From the NCBI GenBank assembly GCA_044892525.1, contig CM097885.1:107136001-107200000 (forward strand): a stretch of 64,000 nt of DNA. The letters run 5' to 3'. The first letter of the stretch is position 1. The number at the start of each line of letters is the position of its first letter. This stretch comes from Schmidtea polychroa (Eukaryota). The notes under the pieces were generated by a model. It searched no databases. It saw only the letters and a list, made by a program, of their open reading frames with translations, and was not told where the DNA came from. Positions 13,878 through 29,000 of this stretch are shown here, in pieces. A program made the translations under genes and the position numbers.

Positions 13878-14599
13878 GTTACAGTAGACCAATTTAATAT
13901 AGTGCTTATGGGCGTTTAGCGTACATAAACTAAATAAGCATCTATAAAAAATTTTTCATCTTGTATTTTCATCTTCATAACAATTTGTAAGAGTCATCGT
14001 AAATAATATATACGTAGAAAACTACTTTTAATATCGGTGTATTACAAATGGTCATATCGTAAAATATTAATGGGCGATGCAAAATGGCACGGAGGATGGG
14101 TGGCGCAAAAGCGTACGTACTTACTGAAGTACACATTAAAACCTAAAGAGGGGGTAATAAAAACGAGTTTTCTACAGAAGTTCTTAATATAATAAAATGA
14201 TGTAAATACAATTATATAAGAGCCGTCTAATGTCAATTATAAAATTTTCCTTAAACAATATCAGAATATCAGAGAATCAAAATTACCAAAACCTAAAGGA
14301 AAATTTTAAAAAATATTAAAATTTATTAAAATTTTAAAATATTGAAAAATAAAATTCTATTAAATTTGTTTTTTAAAACTATTCAAACTTTTATAATTTT
14401 TATACTTTTTGGAGACATCAAATAAAGATCAAGAAAATGAAAAGAACAATTCAATTAAAGAGGAAGAGTGAAATAAATATTAGTTTAACTTCGTAGAGGA
14501 GTGAACAGGACTTATTTTATATCGACATATTTTCATTAACCTATTTATTTGACTTATATTTTTGATGCTGTTTGTTGTTAATTAAATAAAATTGTGATA

Positions 14600-15649
14600 A
14601 AAATAATGTAATATTGATTATTTTGATGAGGTTGTAAAAGTAAATTATTAAATTATATCAAATTGAACAGTTCCGAATAAAAAGAAAACCGAAATTGAAA
14701 GAAAAAGAATGGCGGTCAAGCAGAGAAGCAATGGCAAAGAAAGATATGATAAAAACAGAACTATAAAAGGGTTCAATCAGACACGAAATGGAAAAATGCG
14801 CAAACCTGAGGAAGTGCAATAAAGTGAAATGTTATCGAAATTGAAGCTGGAAAATGGGAGAGGGGTAGATTAGGGGATGGTGAAGAACACAGTGAGCAAG
14901 AAATTGTTAGAAAATGTTTAGAAAGGGTCTTAAAACAGGCAAATATGAAAAAAACAAAATATTAATTAATTAATTAATTGGCTAATAGAAAACCCGAGCT
15001 AATGGGAAGTCCGAGTCAATTAAAAACCCGAGTGATGTAGAAAACCCGAGCGATGAAGAAAACCCGAGCGCGACAATTTGGGAGAATAAACAAACTGGGA
15101 AGGGCAATTATCCAAATAGTTGGATAAACGAGGGTAAACAAAAGAAGGGGAATTACTAAAAAGGTCAACAGAAATAACTAATTAGAGAACGATAACTAAG
15201 GTAGTTAAAACCAATTAGGTCAAAAACGGAGCAATTACATCGATTATGGGAGTATATAAGGAAACTCCAGATTCAGATAATCGCCAGTAGCCTTACGTAG
15301 GGAAGAAGAAACTGAAATAGGAATTTGAGGAACAAACTCGAGAAAAAGAAGAATTATAAGAGGAACTGAAGAGTTAGAAAAGGAGCATTAAAGGAGTTCG
15401 AATCAGAGAGTGGAATATTAAATAAAAAGGTGAAACTTATTTTTAAATCACACAAGGTCGAGACTTTCTAGAGCGAAGTTCGATCGGAAATTGGGAGCAA
15501 AATCGTGGTTAACTAAAAGTTGTAATTATTTATTGAGAATTGTAAATTTGCTATAAAATAAATATACGTTGGGAGTTTGTGTTATCAATTTTGGGACACG
15601 TGGAGTCAGAGTAACCAACGGTTGATTTTTAGTATCATAAAACCCAACA
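14600..15649 (+). repeat. Solo or partial LTR with repeated AAACCCGAG motif
   Basis: Ends AAAACCCAACA, matching the reverse complement of the LTR end at 59623. It carries 4-5 AAACCCGAG units, also seen near 17385, 60105 and 63395. Left boundary uncertain. Confidence 0.5.
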
Positions 15650-16289
15650 ATTTCAACATTTCGCTGTTTGTTTTATTTTAATTCCTTTTAAGAAATTTCA
15701 ATAATTCGTGCATATGGGCTGGGGGTTTGACAATGCCAACGTTTTTTTTACTGCAAACAAAAAAATTATTAATTTTTAAACAATAAATTGGTAAATCAGA
15801 ATAAATATGAAGATCTAACTCAAAAATGATAACCAAAAATATATATTAATTATTTAAAAATTATTAAAAATTCATTGAAAATAATTTAAAAAAATTTGTT
15901 TTCTTAAAAACTCATCTAATCTTCAATGAATTTTTTTGGCCTGGGTTCAATTGAAAAAATACCACTTTTAAGTTTCTGTTAATAGTGCTACGGACTGTGG
16001 TAAATATATCAAATCTTCAACAACTGAAACATTCAACAAAATCAAATGGAATTTAAAATTTTAACTTATTTACAATACGGTGAAAAGTTCAAAATTAAAA
16101 AAAAGACAGCTGTCGATTTCTAATCAGTATCGTTGCGGATTTCGTAAATTTAGATAAATTTGTTTTACTACAGTTTTCTTTTATTTTACTACAGAAAATA
16201 ATTATTTCAATAATTATCGCTGACATAATTCTATTATTATTATTAATGTTATTATTATTATTCAAACAGGGATTCCAAATTGAAATTTG

Positions 16290-16468
16290 TTAGACAACAT
16301 TTTGTTGGTGGTCTCGGTTCATTTCTGGTTCTGCCGATATGGAACGGAAACGATTAGATATTTCTGGACTTGGTGGGGGAGGCGTTGGGATTTCGGCTGC
16401 TAGCAAATTGTTATCAGATGCTGATTTTGTGGACCGAGGAAATTGTGAATTGGTTTTGAGTTGCAGCT
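16290..16468 (-). CDS. Probable terminal exon of an unidentified spliced gene
   Basis: Acceptor TTTCATGCAG| then an open frame (E)LQLKTNSQFPRS...IPTPPPPSPEISNRFRSISAEPEMNRDHQQNVV*, GC-richer than its flanks; phase 1. Confidence 0.55.
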
Positions 16469-19165
16469 CTGCATGAAAGTATATTAAAAATAGTAAAATT
16501 ATCAAAAAACTAAAGAATTATTATTTTCGTATTGGCAATGATTAAAAAAGCTTCTAATTTTATAGACATTCACTATGCAATTAGAAAGTTTTTAACGCAT
16601 ATATTTAATCAATAATCAAGGTTGACTGTAAAATGTACCGACAGGCTGATATAGGTGAATATACAAGTATAAGTTATTCTCAGAATTTTAGCAATATTAT
16701 TATTAGATGTTTGACTTCTTAATAACATCCATAATATTTCAAAAACAAAACTATATTTTTAAAAACACAAAATCTTTTTTATTTAAACAATCTCTGTTTT
16801 TTTGCTTTGAGGATATTTTTGCAAGCATGAGTTAATAATTGAATAAGGAATATTTGTACACAAGCATTCAATAAATATTTTATATTTTAATTTTCAATCA
16901 TTCTTAAATATATTTAATTTTTTATTTTAGTCTATAATTTTATTATCTGCTTTTATTATATTATTTAAATCTATTTTAATCTGGAAATTAAATACTAATT
17001 CTATTTAATTACTTTCAAAATTATAATGATCCAAAATTTGGCATCCCGAAAAATTCGACTTAGCAAATAAACTTTCTCTCACTTTTGTATTTTAATTATT
17101 TCTGTACTTGCTTATAAGTTTTATTCTATACATATTTTTTTAAAATATATTATTAAAAGTGTCGGGGTTGTTAAATTTAAAATAATAATAATTTTCATGT
17201 AACTAAATAGAGAATATTGGAAAATTCAAGTTCAAAAAATCAACAAATCATCGAATAAAATTGGAAAACGGGTCAGATGCAAATGAGATGATGAGAATGA
17301 ATTTATCAGAATATGTTCAGAAAGGGTCGAAATGCAAGGAAACATAAAATAAATAGAAAATCGTTAATTAATTAATTAATTAAGCAAACCCGAGCTAAGT
17401 AAACAGAAAGAGAAGTAAACAAATTCGATGTTGGAAAACCATTATTATGACTACTCGGAAAACGGAAAGAGATTATCACAAGGGAGACGAATGGTGGGAC
17501 AATTAATTATTTCCTTCAACGACGATAAAATGTAAAAGACCGCTAGGTAAAGATTTAGCTAAAAAGAAATTAATCAATATTAATTCTTACTATATATGAC
17601 TCAGGCATTATGACTCAGGTTGAGATTAACGGAAGAGAAAAGAAAAGGGATCAAGTTAAGTCAAGGGATTAAAGAAAGGAGGTGATTATAATTGTAGAAC
17701 GTGCGTAAAGAAAGAAAAAAACTTTCATCTTTATATGTTAGATGAACTAATGTTATAAATAGTAATATTAAAATATTAAAAATATATTTTCTATAAATAG
17801 TAACAATTTAATTATTATTGTTAGGGTTATACAAAAAGAATTGCAAATAAAAATTAAGTGTAAAAGCAAATGTGCACAACCAAAGAAAAAGTAAAATGTA
17901 ACAAAATTTAAAATATAATTTTAAATGAAAAACTAATTAAAAATATATAAAAATTGAAAATTAATATTTTTCGGGAGGAACGGCAAGGCAAGTAAATTTA
18001 AAGATGAATATGAATTTAATTGACAAAAATATTTAAAAAATACAAACTAATTAGTTAATTAATTAATTATTTTATTAATAAAGAAAATCTCAAGATTGAC
18101 AGGCATGGCAGTAGCTTGTCAAACTAACGTAAATTCATTTAATTTTATTTAGATTTTTTTCGTCTCCTTGTAGAAATTTTTATTTAATTTGTTAATAATT
18201 TATAAGGAAAGGAACGAAAAAAATCGTTGAGTTATCATAGCTGTTGGAAAGAGAAAAAAGTCAAAGCGATTAAATTGTAAAAGAAAATTAGAGTTATTTT
18301 CTTTAGATGGTTAATCAGATTCGTATGGTTTAAGATTGTTTCCCTTAGGGTTACCTGTCCTTAGAATCAAGTGAAGGTATTTTTTTTGCAAGTGAAAATC
18401 GGGGCAGTTAATATTTTGTTGAACAAGGAAAACTTATCGTGTTGAGTTTCTTATTATGGTTGATGTTAATGTTAACTCAACACTTTTATCATTTAAATTA
18501 TCATTGGTTTTATCACTAATTACTTTTAAAAATCTAAAACTATCAAAAACTATTTAACAGGTCTTTCCTAATGTTTGGAATGACACCTGAAGCAAAATTT
18601 TCAAGAAAAATAAGAAACTAAATATAAAAAAAATTATTCTTTTATTTCAATGACGAGTAATTTAATTATGTTAATTAAAATAAATAAATATTAAAAATAA
18701 TTAAAAATCTAAGTTAAAATCAATTTTATTAATTTTACTTAAAATTCCTTAATAAAATGTCTGCGAATAACAACATCTTGTTTTTGAGCGTTAAATTAAA
18801 AGAAAAAAAATCCAGATAATTGAAACAAAAGAAATTTTTTATTATGAAATTTTTTTGAATACATAAATAATTTTATAGTGGCAATTTGTGGATTCCTCAA
18901 ATGTTTGAGAATCAGATTCGAAGATCAAAAGTTGAGATGACCAAACTATAGAAAGAAGCAATAAAATAAATAAAAATGGTGCTTCTGTTCCAAGTTGACA
19001 GGGTAGATCATTCTTGAAAATAGCTGCTTTATTTTTTAGGATTATTATGATTATCATCGATTAAAAGCTGTTAAATAATGTAAAACAAATTCTGTTTTAT
19101 TATTCCAAGTAAAACATGAAAAAGGTGGTAAACATTTGAAAAATTAAATTAAATATACTAAATAC

Positions 19166-19417
19166 CTTCAACATTTTCTGGCAAGTTTTTCGATGAAATC
19201 TCATCATATACAGAATCAGATCTCTCTTTAACAAGCTTATAAGAGTTCTGCAAAAGCTGTAGCATGTTGCTTCCAGGAAACAGATCATTGTCATTAAGAG
19301 TTGATCTATCTGATAATGCATTTGTCATCATACTGTCAAAAAATGAGCCCTTGTCACTATTTTTAGTGATTACAGAACTTTGTGTTCTAGAAGTGTCGAT
19401 GTTAAATCTTTGAGGCT
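19166..19417 (-). CDS. Probable internal exon (252 nt, phase 1-1) of the same unidentified gene
   Basis: Acceptor TTTTTCATTTAG|, donor GAAG|GTATTT, open frame throughout. The phase is compatible with the exon at 16290-16468. Confidence 0.55.
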
Positions 19418-20213
19418 CTAAATGAAAAAATAAATTTTTAAAATACACATTGTTTAGAACAAGAATATATTTCGTTATAATATGATACCTTTGAAACTTT
19501 CACATAATAAAATTACAGTGGCTCATTTATTTTCATTAACATCTTTTACTTATAGTATACTCCCAATTATCTTTAGTTGATTGTAAGAATATACATAAAA
19601 AGTACAAAAAAGACTATCAAATATGTTCTATTAATCGTTTAATAATTTCAATAAAAGATTTTCTTAGTCAACGAACATAAAGATTTTAATGTGGATAAGA
19701 ACATTTTGCCATAATTTGTGATTAAAAACGTCATAACAAAAAATACCATGCAATTTCTCAACAGCAAACATGAAATATTTCATACAATCAATATAGCTGG
19801 CTACAACAAGATGTTTAAACTAATAATATCAGTAAGACCTTTCATCTTCTTCACTTTTGATCGGATAAGTTCTATTTATATTTTCATCGTTTCTATAACA
19901 CTTGATTATTAAATTAAAACAATACATAAATTTGTTGATCTTTAGCAACCATATTCAACCTGCGGCCCGCAAAGCTTTTATGTGCAACCATAAACACATT
20001 TATTATTAAGGAACATGATTTAAATTAAAATAAACCTGGCATTCTAAATTTATTATATCTTGACATTCGTTTCGACTTTAACGCACACCTAGTGACACCG
20101 GAGAGAATTGCCATTTTTTTCATCATACCAATATAGTGTTGCGACCACGTGTAACTTTACAAATATATGTATGTGACCCGAAGAAAAAAAGGTTGAGTAT
20201 CATTGATCTATAG

Positions 20214-20575
20214 CAGTGGTTCTCAACCCGTGTTCCCGGATTACGCCTCCAGTGTTCCGCGAAACAAATGACATTTTATCTTTAAATTTTCATTTAAGAT
20301 ACATATCATCAAAAACCTTAATTAATCTTTTTATAAGATGATTCAATAAGAAAGTCGTTACACAGATATATAAACATACAAATATTTTTATTGCTTGTTA
20401 TTGTTGCACGTGGTATTTTCTTTGCTTATAAGAAGGCATTGTTTACGTTTACGACAGATTTATAGTAATTTGTGATTGGTCACTCATTGTGGGCAAGTAT
20501 TTTTTTGTCAGTGTTCCGCGTACAAAAAATCATGTGAATGGTGTTCCGCGCTTTTATATTAATTGAGAACTACTG
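20214..20575. mobile_element. hAT (Charlie-like) MITE
   Basis: TIR CAGTGGTTCTCAA / TTGAGAACTACTG; the 8-bp flanks are only similar (ATCTATAG vs ATCTTATA). A second hAT-like remnant lies immediately left (about 19945-20210). Confidence 0.7.
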
Positions 20576-23339
20576 ATCTTATAAAGATGATGAAAAAGAA
20601 AATTAAAGGTAGTTTTGATAAACCAAACCATAAATTTTGATTTTGAAAATTAATGCAAATAACGTCATACTCCTATAAATATGCCAATGTTTTAGAGTTT
20701 TTGACTGTGCTTCAATAACACTTTATTTAATATTTGTACATGCTTCAAAAATTTTCGAAACCAATAATTTAGAATAAAACATATTTTTGCATGGGGATGG
20801 GAAGTCTTCAAAAGAATTCCGCTCACATCATTTAAAAAAATAAATTATTTTACCTCTTTAAATGAAATTAAACTCATCAGAAAAATACTTTATGAAAATC
20901 ATAAAAACAGTATCAGTTTTAATTCATACATTCTAGTGCTCAGGTTAATAAAATTTCCTTGATTAAAATTTAAAATTAAAGAGGAATTTTGACCAGAAAT
21001 ATCGATTTGATGTAATTTGAGTAATGGAAAAAGAGACTTGTAATTAAATTCCACATCAAACGCAATACAATTCTTTGAAATTAAACAACATTAATATTTT
21101 GATATATATCTGCACTTTATCCTGTGTAGGTTTGACTTCAACTCTTCCCCCATATTTAGTGTCCCCGAAGAATTCCCCGAAAAATAATAAAATTATAAAA
21201 ACCACCAAATCGTGCGAATAAATTTTTTCTTAATACAAATTAAATTTACTCATAGAGATGAACAAAAGTTCAAATTCGTAAAATTTTAAAAATTGGTAAA
21301 AGTAGTAGTTGATCTGCCGAGACGTCGGCTTATATATTTTTGGTTGGTTTTCTAAACCAATCAGGGCTGATCACGCCTACGTGTTTTGATCAATTTCAAT
21401 TTTTATTTTCAATCAAAATTCAAATTAATCTGATTGGTTCATTTTATTTTTTTGTTTTAATTATTTAATTTCTTTATTTTCCTTTTTGATTGAGCAACCC
21501 CCCTTTATATCAGTCTTAACTCTTTAAATAAGATAATATTTTTTGGTAATTTGTGTCTTTTTTCGGCGATCTTTTTGCGTTTTCTATGCAATAAATGTAT
21601 TCCATGTGCAACTGCTTGCATGTAATAATTTATTATTTTTGTTTTATTTTTTATTTAGTTTTATTGTTATGTTTGTCTTTGTTTTACTTTATGTTTACCA
21701 ATAAATTAAAATATCTTTAGGTGATTTTTATGCTGTATAGCTGCTGTCTCAATTACTGATGGTTTCTAATTTCGACTTGTCTTACATAGTAGAATAATCT
21801 ATTTGATAACCAAAGTGTCATTGTCTGACAATCTTCCTTTTGTGACTTTCTTTCATGATCTCGTCGTAAAAAAATTAATTATTCTAGCATGCACTTTTAC
21901 CAATTTTCGACCCTTTCTAAACGTATTATGATAATTTCATTATCATCATGATTTTTCCATTTGTCTGATCTATACCTAGCCTGTTTTTCAAATTCAATTT
22001 TGATAGTTTATTGATTTTCTGTAATTTCGCATTCTTCATTCAATTCTAATTATACCATTTTTAGACTGTTTCATTTTTAGTTTTACAACCTCAACAATAT
22101 TTATTATTGCCATTCCACGTTTTATCTCTATTTTCTTGATGCCTTTAACAGGACATTCACAGTAATACATCTCAAGGAGGACACTTAAAAAAGGCCTATT
22201 ATAAAAAATTCACCCTTAAAATTATTTTTATGAAATGTTTTTCAACTAAAAGATGATAAGAATTACTGTTGAAAATCTTAAGTCACCTGTAATTCTATTT
22301 AAAAAATTTTGAAATGCAATCGCAAATAATCCAGATTTTACATAATATCCTGTTGAAAAACAAATGAAATAATATTCAGGATTATTTTGTAATCCTGTTA
22401 ATTATAAATTTTCTAGACGAATTTTAAAAATATTCAAAAAAATACATCCAAGTAAAAATTCTCGATTAAAAAAATTATTAAAATATTGTCAACGATCAAA
22501 AGAAAAAATCTAATTCAATGATAGAATAATGTCAAATACGTTTTTGTTAAAAAATAATATGATAAAAACATAAATATAAATAAAAATGTGTATGGAATTC
22601 TGCTAAATTACAAAGGAAAATTATAATTATAATTCTTTTTATACATAAAAAAATAATATTCCGGCAAAATCACATTTTACAGTATATAAAATAACCAGTA
22701 CAATTTTTAATTTAATTTTTTTTTCTACTCCGTTGATTCCAGAAAGCATTATTTTATATATGAAGAAATAAATTCTATGTTTGTCATTGTAGTGAATAAA
22801 AAAATAATTTATTTTTCATTATGTAGTACTTGTCAAATATTTTGCAAGACATATTTTATAAAAGTTCAGAAAATATTTTGTTAATTCATCTGGATTTATA
22901 TGATTTTTATTGTGAAGTCAAAAAAATTTCAATTTGTATAAAATTATATTTATTTTCATTTAATTTTCGAATACGAATCAATGTTTTCTATAGTTGGAAA
23001 CTAAATGAAGATAAATAATTTCTAATTGAAAACAACAGATAAAAAATGCACAAACATATATATGGATGTTACAGATAAGTTTTGCAATTAAATGTTTTAG
23101 CAGAGACAAGATAAATGTACAGAAAAACATCAAAATTCAAAAAATAATCTCCATTTAAGAAATTGTTAAAATGGACGACAGAAACAGAATCACCAAAAGA
23201 ATGATTATTTTGTAAATACGCATTATGTTATATTATTGTAATTAAATTAATAGTGTTTAGGTCAGTGCTTATATGAGCCGTTTATTTTGAAAGCCGCGTA
23301 ATTCCATTTATCAAAAAAAATCAAGCTAGCTATTTAAAT

Positions 23340-23701
23340 CAGTGCTTCTCAAACTTTCTGATGTGGCGTACCGGCAGATGTTTTTGGGAATGTGACTGTT
23401 TCACTTCTTGCTGATGACTTACATTCCATGTTACATCTTGCTGCTCCACACGTGTGGATCAGGTTGTCAGATGTGTGACATAGAGTAAAATATCAGTCAA
23501 ATCTTTTAATAAAGTGCATACAATAACTGTTTCCAATTAAATTACTACCATGCTGTATTCTTATTAGATAAATAAACAAAAAATATCAGTCACATGACCA
23601 ACCTGTTTCTCATGGCATGTAATTTTACATTTGTTTATTTTCCTTTGAAAATCTCTTCGCGTACCGGCACCGGTACGCGTACCACACTTTGAGTAGCACT
23701 G
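23340..23701. mobile_element. hAT MITE
   Basis: TIR CAGTGCTTCTCAAA / TTTGAGTAGCACTG with a perfect 8-bp TSD ATTTAAAT. Confidence 0.88.
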
Positions 23702-26085
23702 ATTTAAATAATTAGATTATTACGTTGCTTTTCATTTTGAATTAAATTATAAATAATATATTTTAAATCAAATTTTTAAAAATTTTTTTAAACGAAAATT
23801 AGTTGGTTATTAAAATGATAAAAAAATTTATTTTGAAAGTGACTTCACATCACTTTCAAAATAAACTTTCAAATATATTCCTTTTGAACAGTCTATTTTT
23901 TTTGAACAGTTCTAGATAAGTTTTTAATTTTGAGCATAGGGTCTCATGTTTTTGTAGTTAGGGCCTTCGGCGTTGAAAAATCAATCAAATGATGAAAATA
24001 ATAAATACTAAATTAAAAAATAACGATCAAAAGAGAAACAAATAAAATGAAAAAATTAATAATTAATAAAAAATAAATAAAATGAAGAAAAGACGCAAAA
24101 TATAAGGTAGCAATCGGGATTAAGTCAAAATAGATTAAGAAAAATCAAATCAAATAAATAAATTAGTAAAAATAAAATAATTAAAGGAATAACAATAAAA
24201 AATAAATAAAATAGAAAAAGACACAAATTACAACACTACTTAATCCTGACTGGATAAGATCATAACAAAATCCATATAAATACGAGCATCTGCGATTGAT
24301 TTTTCAATGTTATTTTCTTACGATTCATAGGTAAATAAATTTCGTTTTTCATTTTAAAATGTTATTTCTTTACGATTCATAGGTATTTCACAAGCTATAT
24401 TCAGACGTATTAATCCAGCAGAATCTACGTAATCAGTTAATTTAGTTATCCGAAGATGTTGTAGAGAACCAGTTTGATTAATTATTTGAGACGAATATTT
24501 GGGGATATAGCTCAGCCCGGCCCAAATGAAGGAAGCAAACCGGAAAATCTTGAGATTAGAGCACTGTAGGGATAGCCTACTGGAAGAAAGTCGTAACCAG
24601 AGGCTTACCATTAAAGCTCACTCAGAAACACCACCACATATATTCGGAGTCAGAACTGCGGAAACGTATCACGGAGTATCACATCTCCGACCGGGACAAC
24701 ATATTTCCTTTTCATCACCTCCCGGACGATCCCAAGTTATCTAAAAAGACTTTGTGCCACAACTACGGGGCAGAATCCTCGCCTTATCCTACTCCAGACG
24801 TTCTTTATATTGGAAAGAGTACGACTCAAGTCAAGATGCCGGCGCCATTAGCTATGCCACCGGTTGCTAATGAGATGCCATCTAATGCGATTCCAACTGT
24901 TCGTTCAATACGAAAACGACTCACGCGTGCTAAGTGATCAAAGCGTAAGAGAGACGATATATCTGCCGTTCCGCTTCCAGCTAAGATTGGAGCAGTCTTA
25001 ACTTAAGAGGTAGTGGAACCACCATGGTTTAGGATCGTGCCCGCAACGGTCACTCCGTGGGCCATCAACCCGCAACTAGAAGCCGACATTAATCATCTAT
25101 TACGAGAAGCAGAAACAAGTGAATTCTAACCAACCGACAAGGAAGTGACTCTGTGTTTGAAACTCGTGTCTGTATCGTCAAAATGTTCAGCTTACCCATT
25201 GATCGGTGGAAGTTCTGAGTTATATGAACTGTATTACGTAGTTGACAAATTTATATGTACTTGATTTAACTTATAATGTTATGTTTCTTGATACTTAATA
25301 TAACTTAATATCGTTCTATAATCTCTTTTTCTATGACGTAACATATTTATCGAGTGGTTGTGTAAGTTTAGATGGAAGAGAAGTTGGGAATAACCTCAAT
25401 TGGACCAGATGTTACAAGTAAACCATATCGGAGTTAATTGTGAGGATGTAAGACCTTCTATCGGCATTCCAGGACCCGAAAGGAGAATGTCATGAGGAGT
25501 AGTTCTAATAAAGGAGCTCACCTGCTTATGGATTCTAAGCCATTGTGTACAGCACCAACATGGTCGTCGCCATGGGTACACAGGCGGTCTAAAGACAACA
25601 ATCACCTTGGCGTCTAGGAAAGAGTCGGGTTTGAGAAAATCACAATCACCCCTACTTCGTCTTTTAGAAAGTGACACACCCCTAGGCGCCAACAGTATTA
25701 TTTAATGATAATAAATGTATTTTTCTTATCTAGTATAGCAAATATTTACGACATAGCCTTTATCAATTAGTCCAGTAATAAAAATAAAAACTCTAATAAC
25801 TAATTAATTAAAAAAATTAATTATTTAAATCATAGGTCTCAACTAGTGGTAAGCGTAATATTATGGGTATGCCAGCTGCGGGAAGGGATACGCAAGAACA
25901 AAATAACTAAAGTATTTGTAGAGAAAAAAAAGTAATTTATTTAGAATTTATTAAAGAAATTATCACTGTTGATAATCACGAATTTTCGGCACTGCCTTTT
26001 TAAAGTGAATTTGATCATTATTGCATTTAATTAAAGAAGAAAAGAAGAAAATGCAAAGGACTGGCTTGTATCTATTGAAGAATTT

Positions 26086-29000
26086 GTGACGATAAATTCG
26101 CTCAATTCAGGAGCAGCATTCGATTTGTTATTACATGGAGACGCAAAAGATTTATGGATGGCTTTTAAGGAAGCACAAAAGACTCTGGCCTTAGATCAAG
26201 AGATAAAAAGTTGGTTTGTTTTAAAATATGTAAAATTCCTAAATTTTTTTGGAAAATATCGAAGACATGAGTCTGATAAAGTAGAGATTGGACGAAAGGT
26301 TTGAAAATTTTGTAATCAGAGTGAGGAAATTACTGCGCGAAGTTCTTTCCGCAAATCAAACAGAAGATATGATTGTCAAGGATATTGTAACAAGACGTAT
26401 GTATTCAGAAAAAGTTAAGGATGCAATTGCAATGAACCCAGAAGTATCCCTTACAGAAATAGAGAAATTGAATGTAAATTTTGAAAATATTTTACATACA
26501 GAAGACACCAGAGAGGTATTTGTATTGGCAGATGATAGGAAAAAATCGTCGTATGTATCGGTAACAAGGAATAAAATTCCAGTAAGGCAAAATGTTCAAC
26601 CATTGACTAGACCATCAGTTTCTGAGACTAACCGGTATGTCAGTAAAAATAGAAGTTACGAAAATTATGACAATACATGACATGGTACTGAAAGAAGACG
26701 AAGCTCAGAAAGTTTATTGGTTAATGAGAGACCCAATAGGCCTACGGTTTCTTTGAAACATATTGCAAGACGAATTTACAACAAAGCGAAAGGATTACCT
26801 GAACCGGAATTGCGACCTTTACAACCCGGTCAATGTTACTGTTGTGGTAAATCAGGTAATATTCGGAACAATCGTCCTTTAAGCAACTGCTGTTTAATAT
26901 GCGGTAAGAATGATCATTTTTTTACTAATACAAGAAGAAAATAATTTTGTAAATCTGACTTATGACCTTGAGAATGATGTCACGTCAGAATCTGAAGTAA
27001 ATGAAATAGGATCGATTACAGGAAGTAATAAGAAAAATGACAAAGACCGTCTTTTAAACTAGATACGCTCCATTGCAATATTTCGTCTGTGGAGTCGTTG
27101 AATTAAATGTGCAGAACACAGAAAACCGAAATGTTATGATGTTCAAGATAACGGATGGAAGGTGGTGGAGTTTTGTTCAGTGTTGTGGAATAGTGATTGA
27201 GATGTTGTGGGATACAGGTGCGTCGGTTACTGTAATGTCAGAGGCTATATGGAGGAAGTGTGGCAGTCCAGTTTTAAAACCAGTAGATATGGCGCTCAGA
27301 GGGGCATTTGGAAACAAGCCGATATCATGCTTAGGTGACTTTACAACTTCGATGGTTTGGAATGAATTATGTCAGAAATAGAATGTAATTTTGGTTAGGG
27401 ATATAAGTCCAAGTTTTATGAGTGGAATGAATTTGATTTTAGCTTTTAAAATAAAACTTGTGCCAGATACATAAATTGCATTAATAGATTCAGATACGGT
27501 TGGTGTTAGCTACAGTGATACCGAATGATGTAAAAAAGCGCTGGATGTTTTTGGACCAAATTCAAACCCAAAACTGGTGGAGTTAGTAACCACGTATAGT
27601 ACGATATTCATGGTATCAGATTTTGATCTAGGTTGTACTAGTTTGCTTACACATGCTATAAAAATGTCTGGAAATCCAATTATTCAAAATCATAGGCGTA
27701 TGGCAATGCAGATGGAATCAAAAAAACTATCGAAGAACACAATAGAAATTTGGAGGAAGTTTTCAAGCGAATTAAATCAGCAGGATTAAGGATCAATCCT
27801 AAGAAGTGTAGTTTTTATAAGAGTGAATTGATATTCTTGGGCCATAAAATTTCAGCAGAAGGCATATCCACGAATAACAATATGATAAAGAGAATTATTG
27901 AGGTTGAAATACTGAAATGCAGCAAACAACTACGTTCATTTTTGGGATTAACAAATTATTATCGCAAATTTGTTCCAAATTTTACTGAAATAGCCAAAGA
28001 TTAAATGGAATTAAATGGAATGACAAGTGTGAAAAAAGTGTGAAAAAGTTTAAGTCAAGTTCAAAATGGTTGTGAAAAAGTCATAGCATATGGTTCAAGA
28101 CTTTTAAGTGCTCACGAGAAAGGATACTGTGTAACTAGAAAAGAACTATTAGCAATATACGAGTACGTCCTATATTTTCGGCATTATTTATATGGAAAAA
28201 AGTTTGATATACGTACGGATCATAAGGCTTTAAAGTTCTTAAAATAAACTTCGAAACTAATAAGTCCACAATTATAAACATGGTTGAGTGAGTTGTCAGG
28301 TTATGATTTTGATTAAAAATATAGGAAGGGTGAAAATCATAATAAAGCTGATGGACTATCGAGGATATTGTTAAGTTATTGCTCACAATGTCAAACCGAA
28401 CAAAAAAATTTAAAACTTGAGAAGGGCCGAATAAGATTTTTTAACGTGATTACTCCAAGTAATTTAAATATGCAGTTATATATTGAGAATCAGGAAGCAG
28501 ATAATTTGTTCTCTACAATAAAGAAATATGTACTAAACACGAGTTCCGAGATACCTCACTTGATTCGGAATTCACCTTATTTCAAAAGATTGGATCACAT
28601 ATTAGTAAAAGACAATATGTTATTAATAGTAAATGATGATAAGCAGAAGATAATAATTCCGCAGAATATACCGTCACAAGTCGTACAGCATATGCACAAA
28701 AATTCTGTCATTTAGGAGTTAAGAAAACAAAAAAGCACATGAACGATTATTTCTTTTGAATACACATGGTAACCGATATACGAGATATTATAAAAAAATG
28801 TGATATATGCATGAGAAGAAAAGTTTTGACAAGTAAAACAACTGAATATTTAATTCCTAGGGTAATAATGAATTCGATGGAACAAATCGTAATCGATATT
28901 GCTCATATGAAGGAAACCAGAAACCGTAACCGTTATTTGGTAGTAATAATAGATCACTTCAGCAAGATGGTTAGTTTAACGCCTACTCAGAACCGAGATG

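Noticed and set aside
14990-15075. Spaced AAACCCGAG repeats suggesting a CRISPR-like array
   Set aside because: Repeats are only 9-10 bp, irregularly spaced, inside an LTR-like sequence in a eukaryotic context, with no cas genes.
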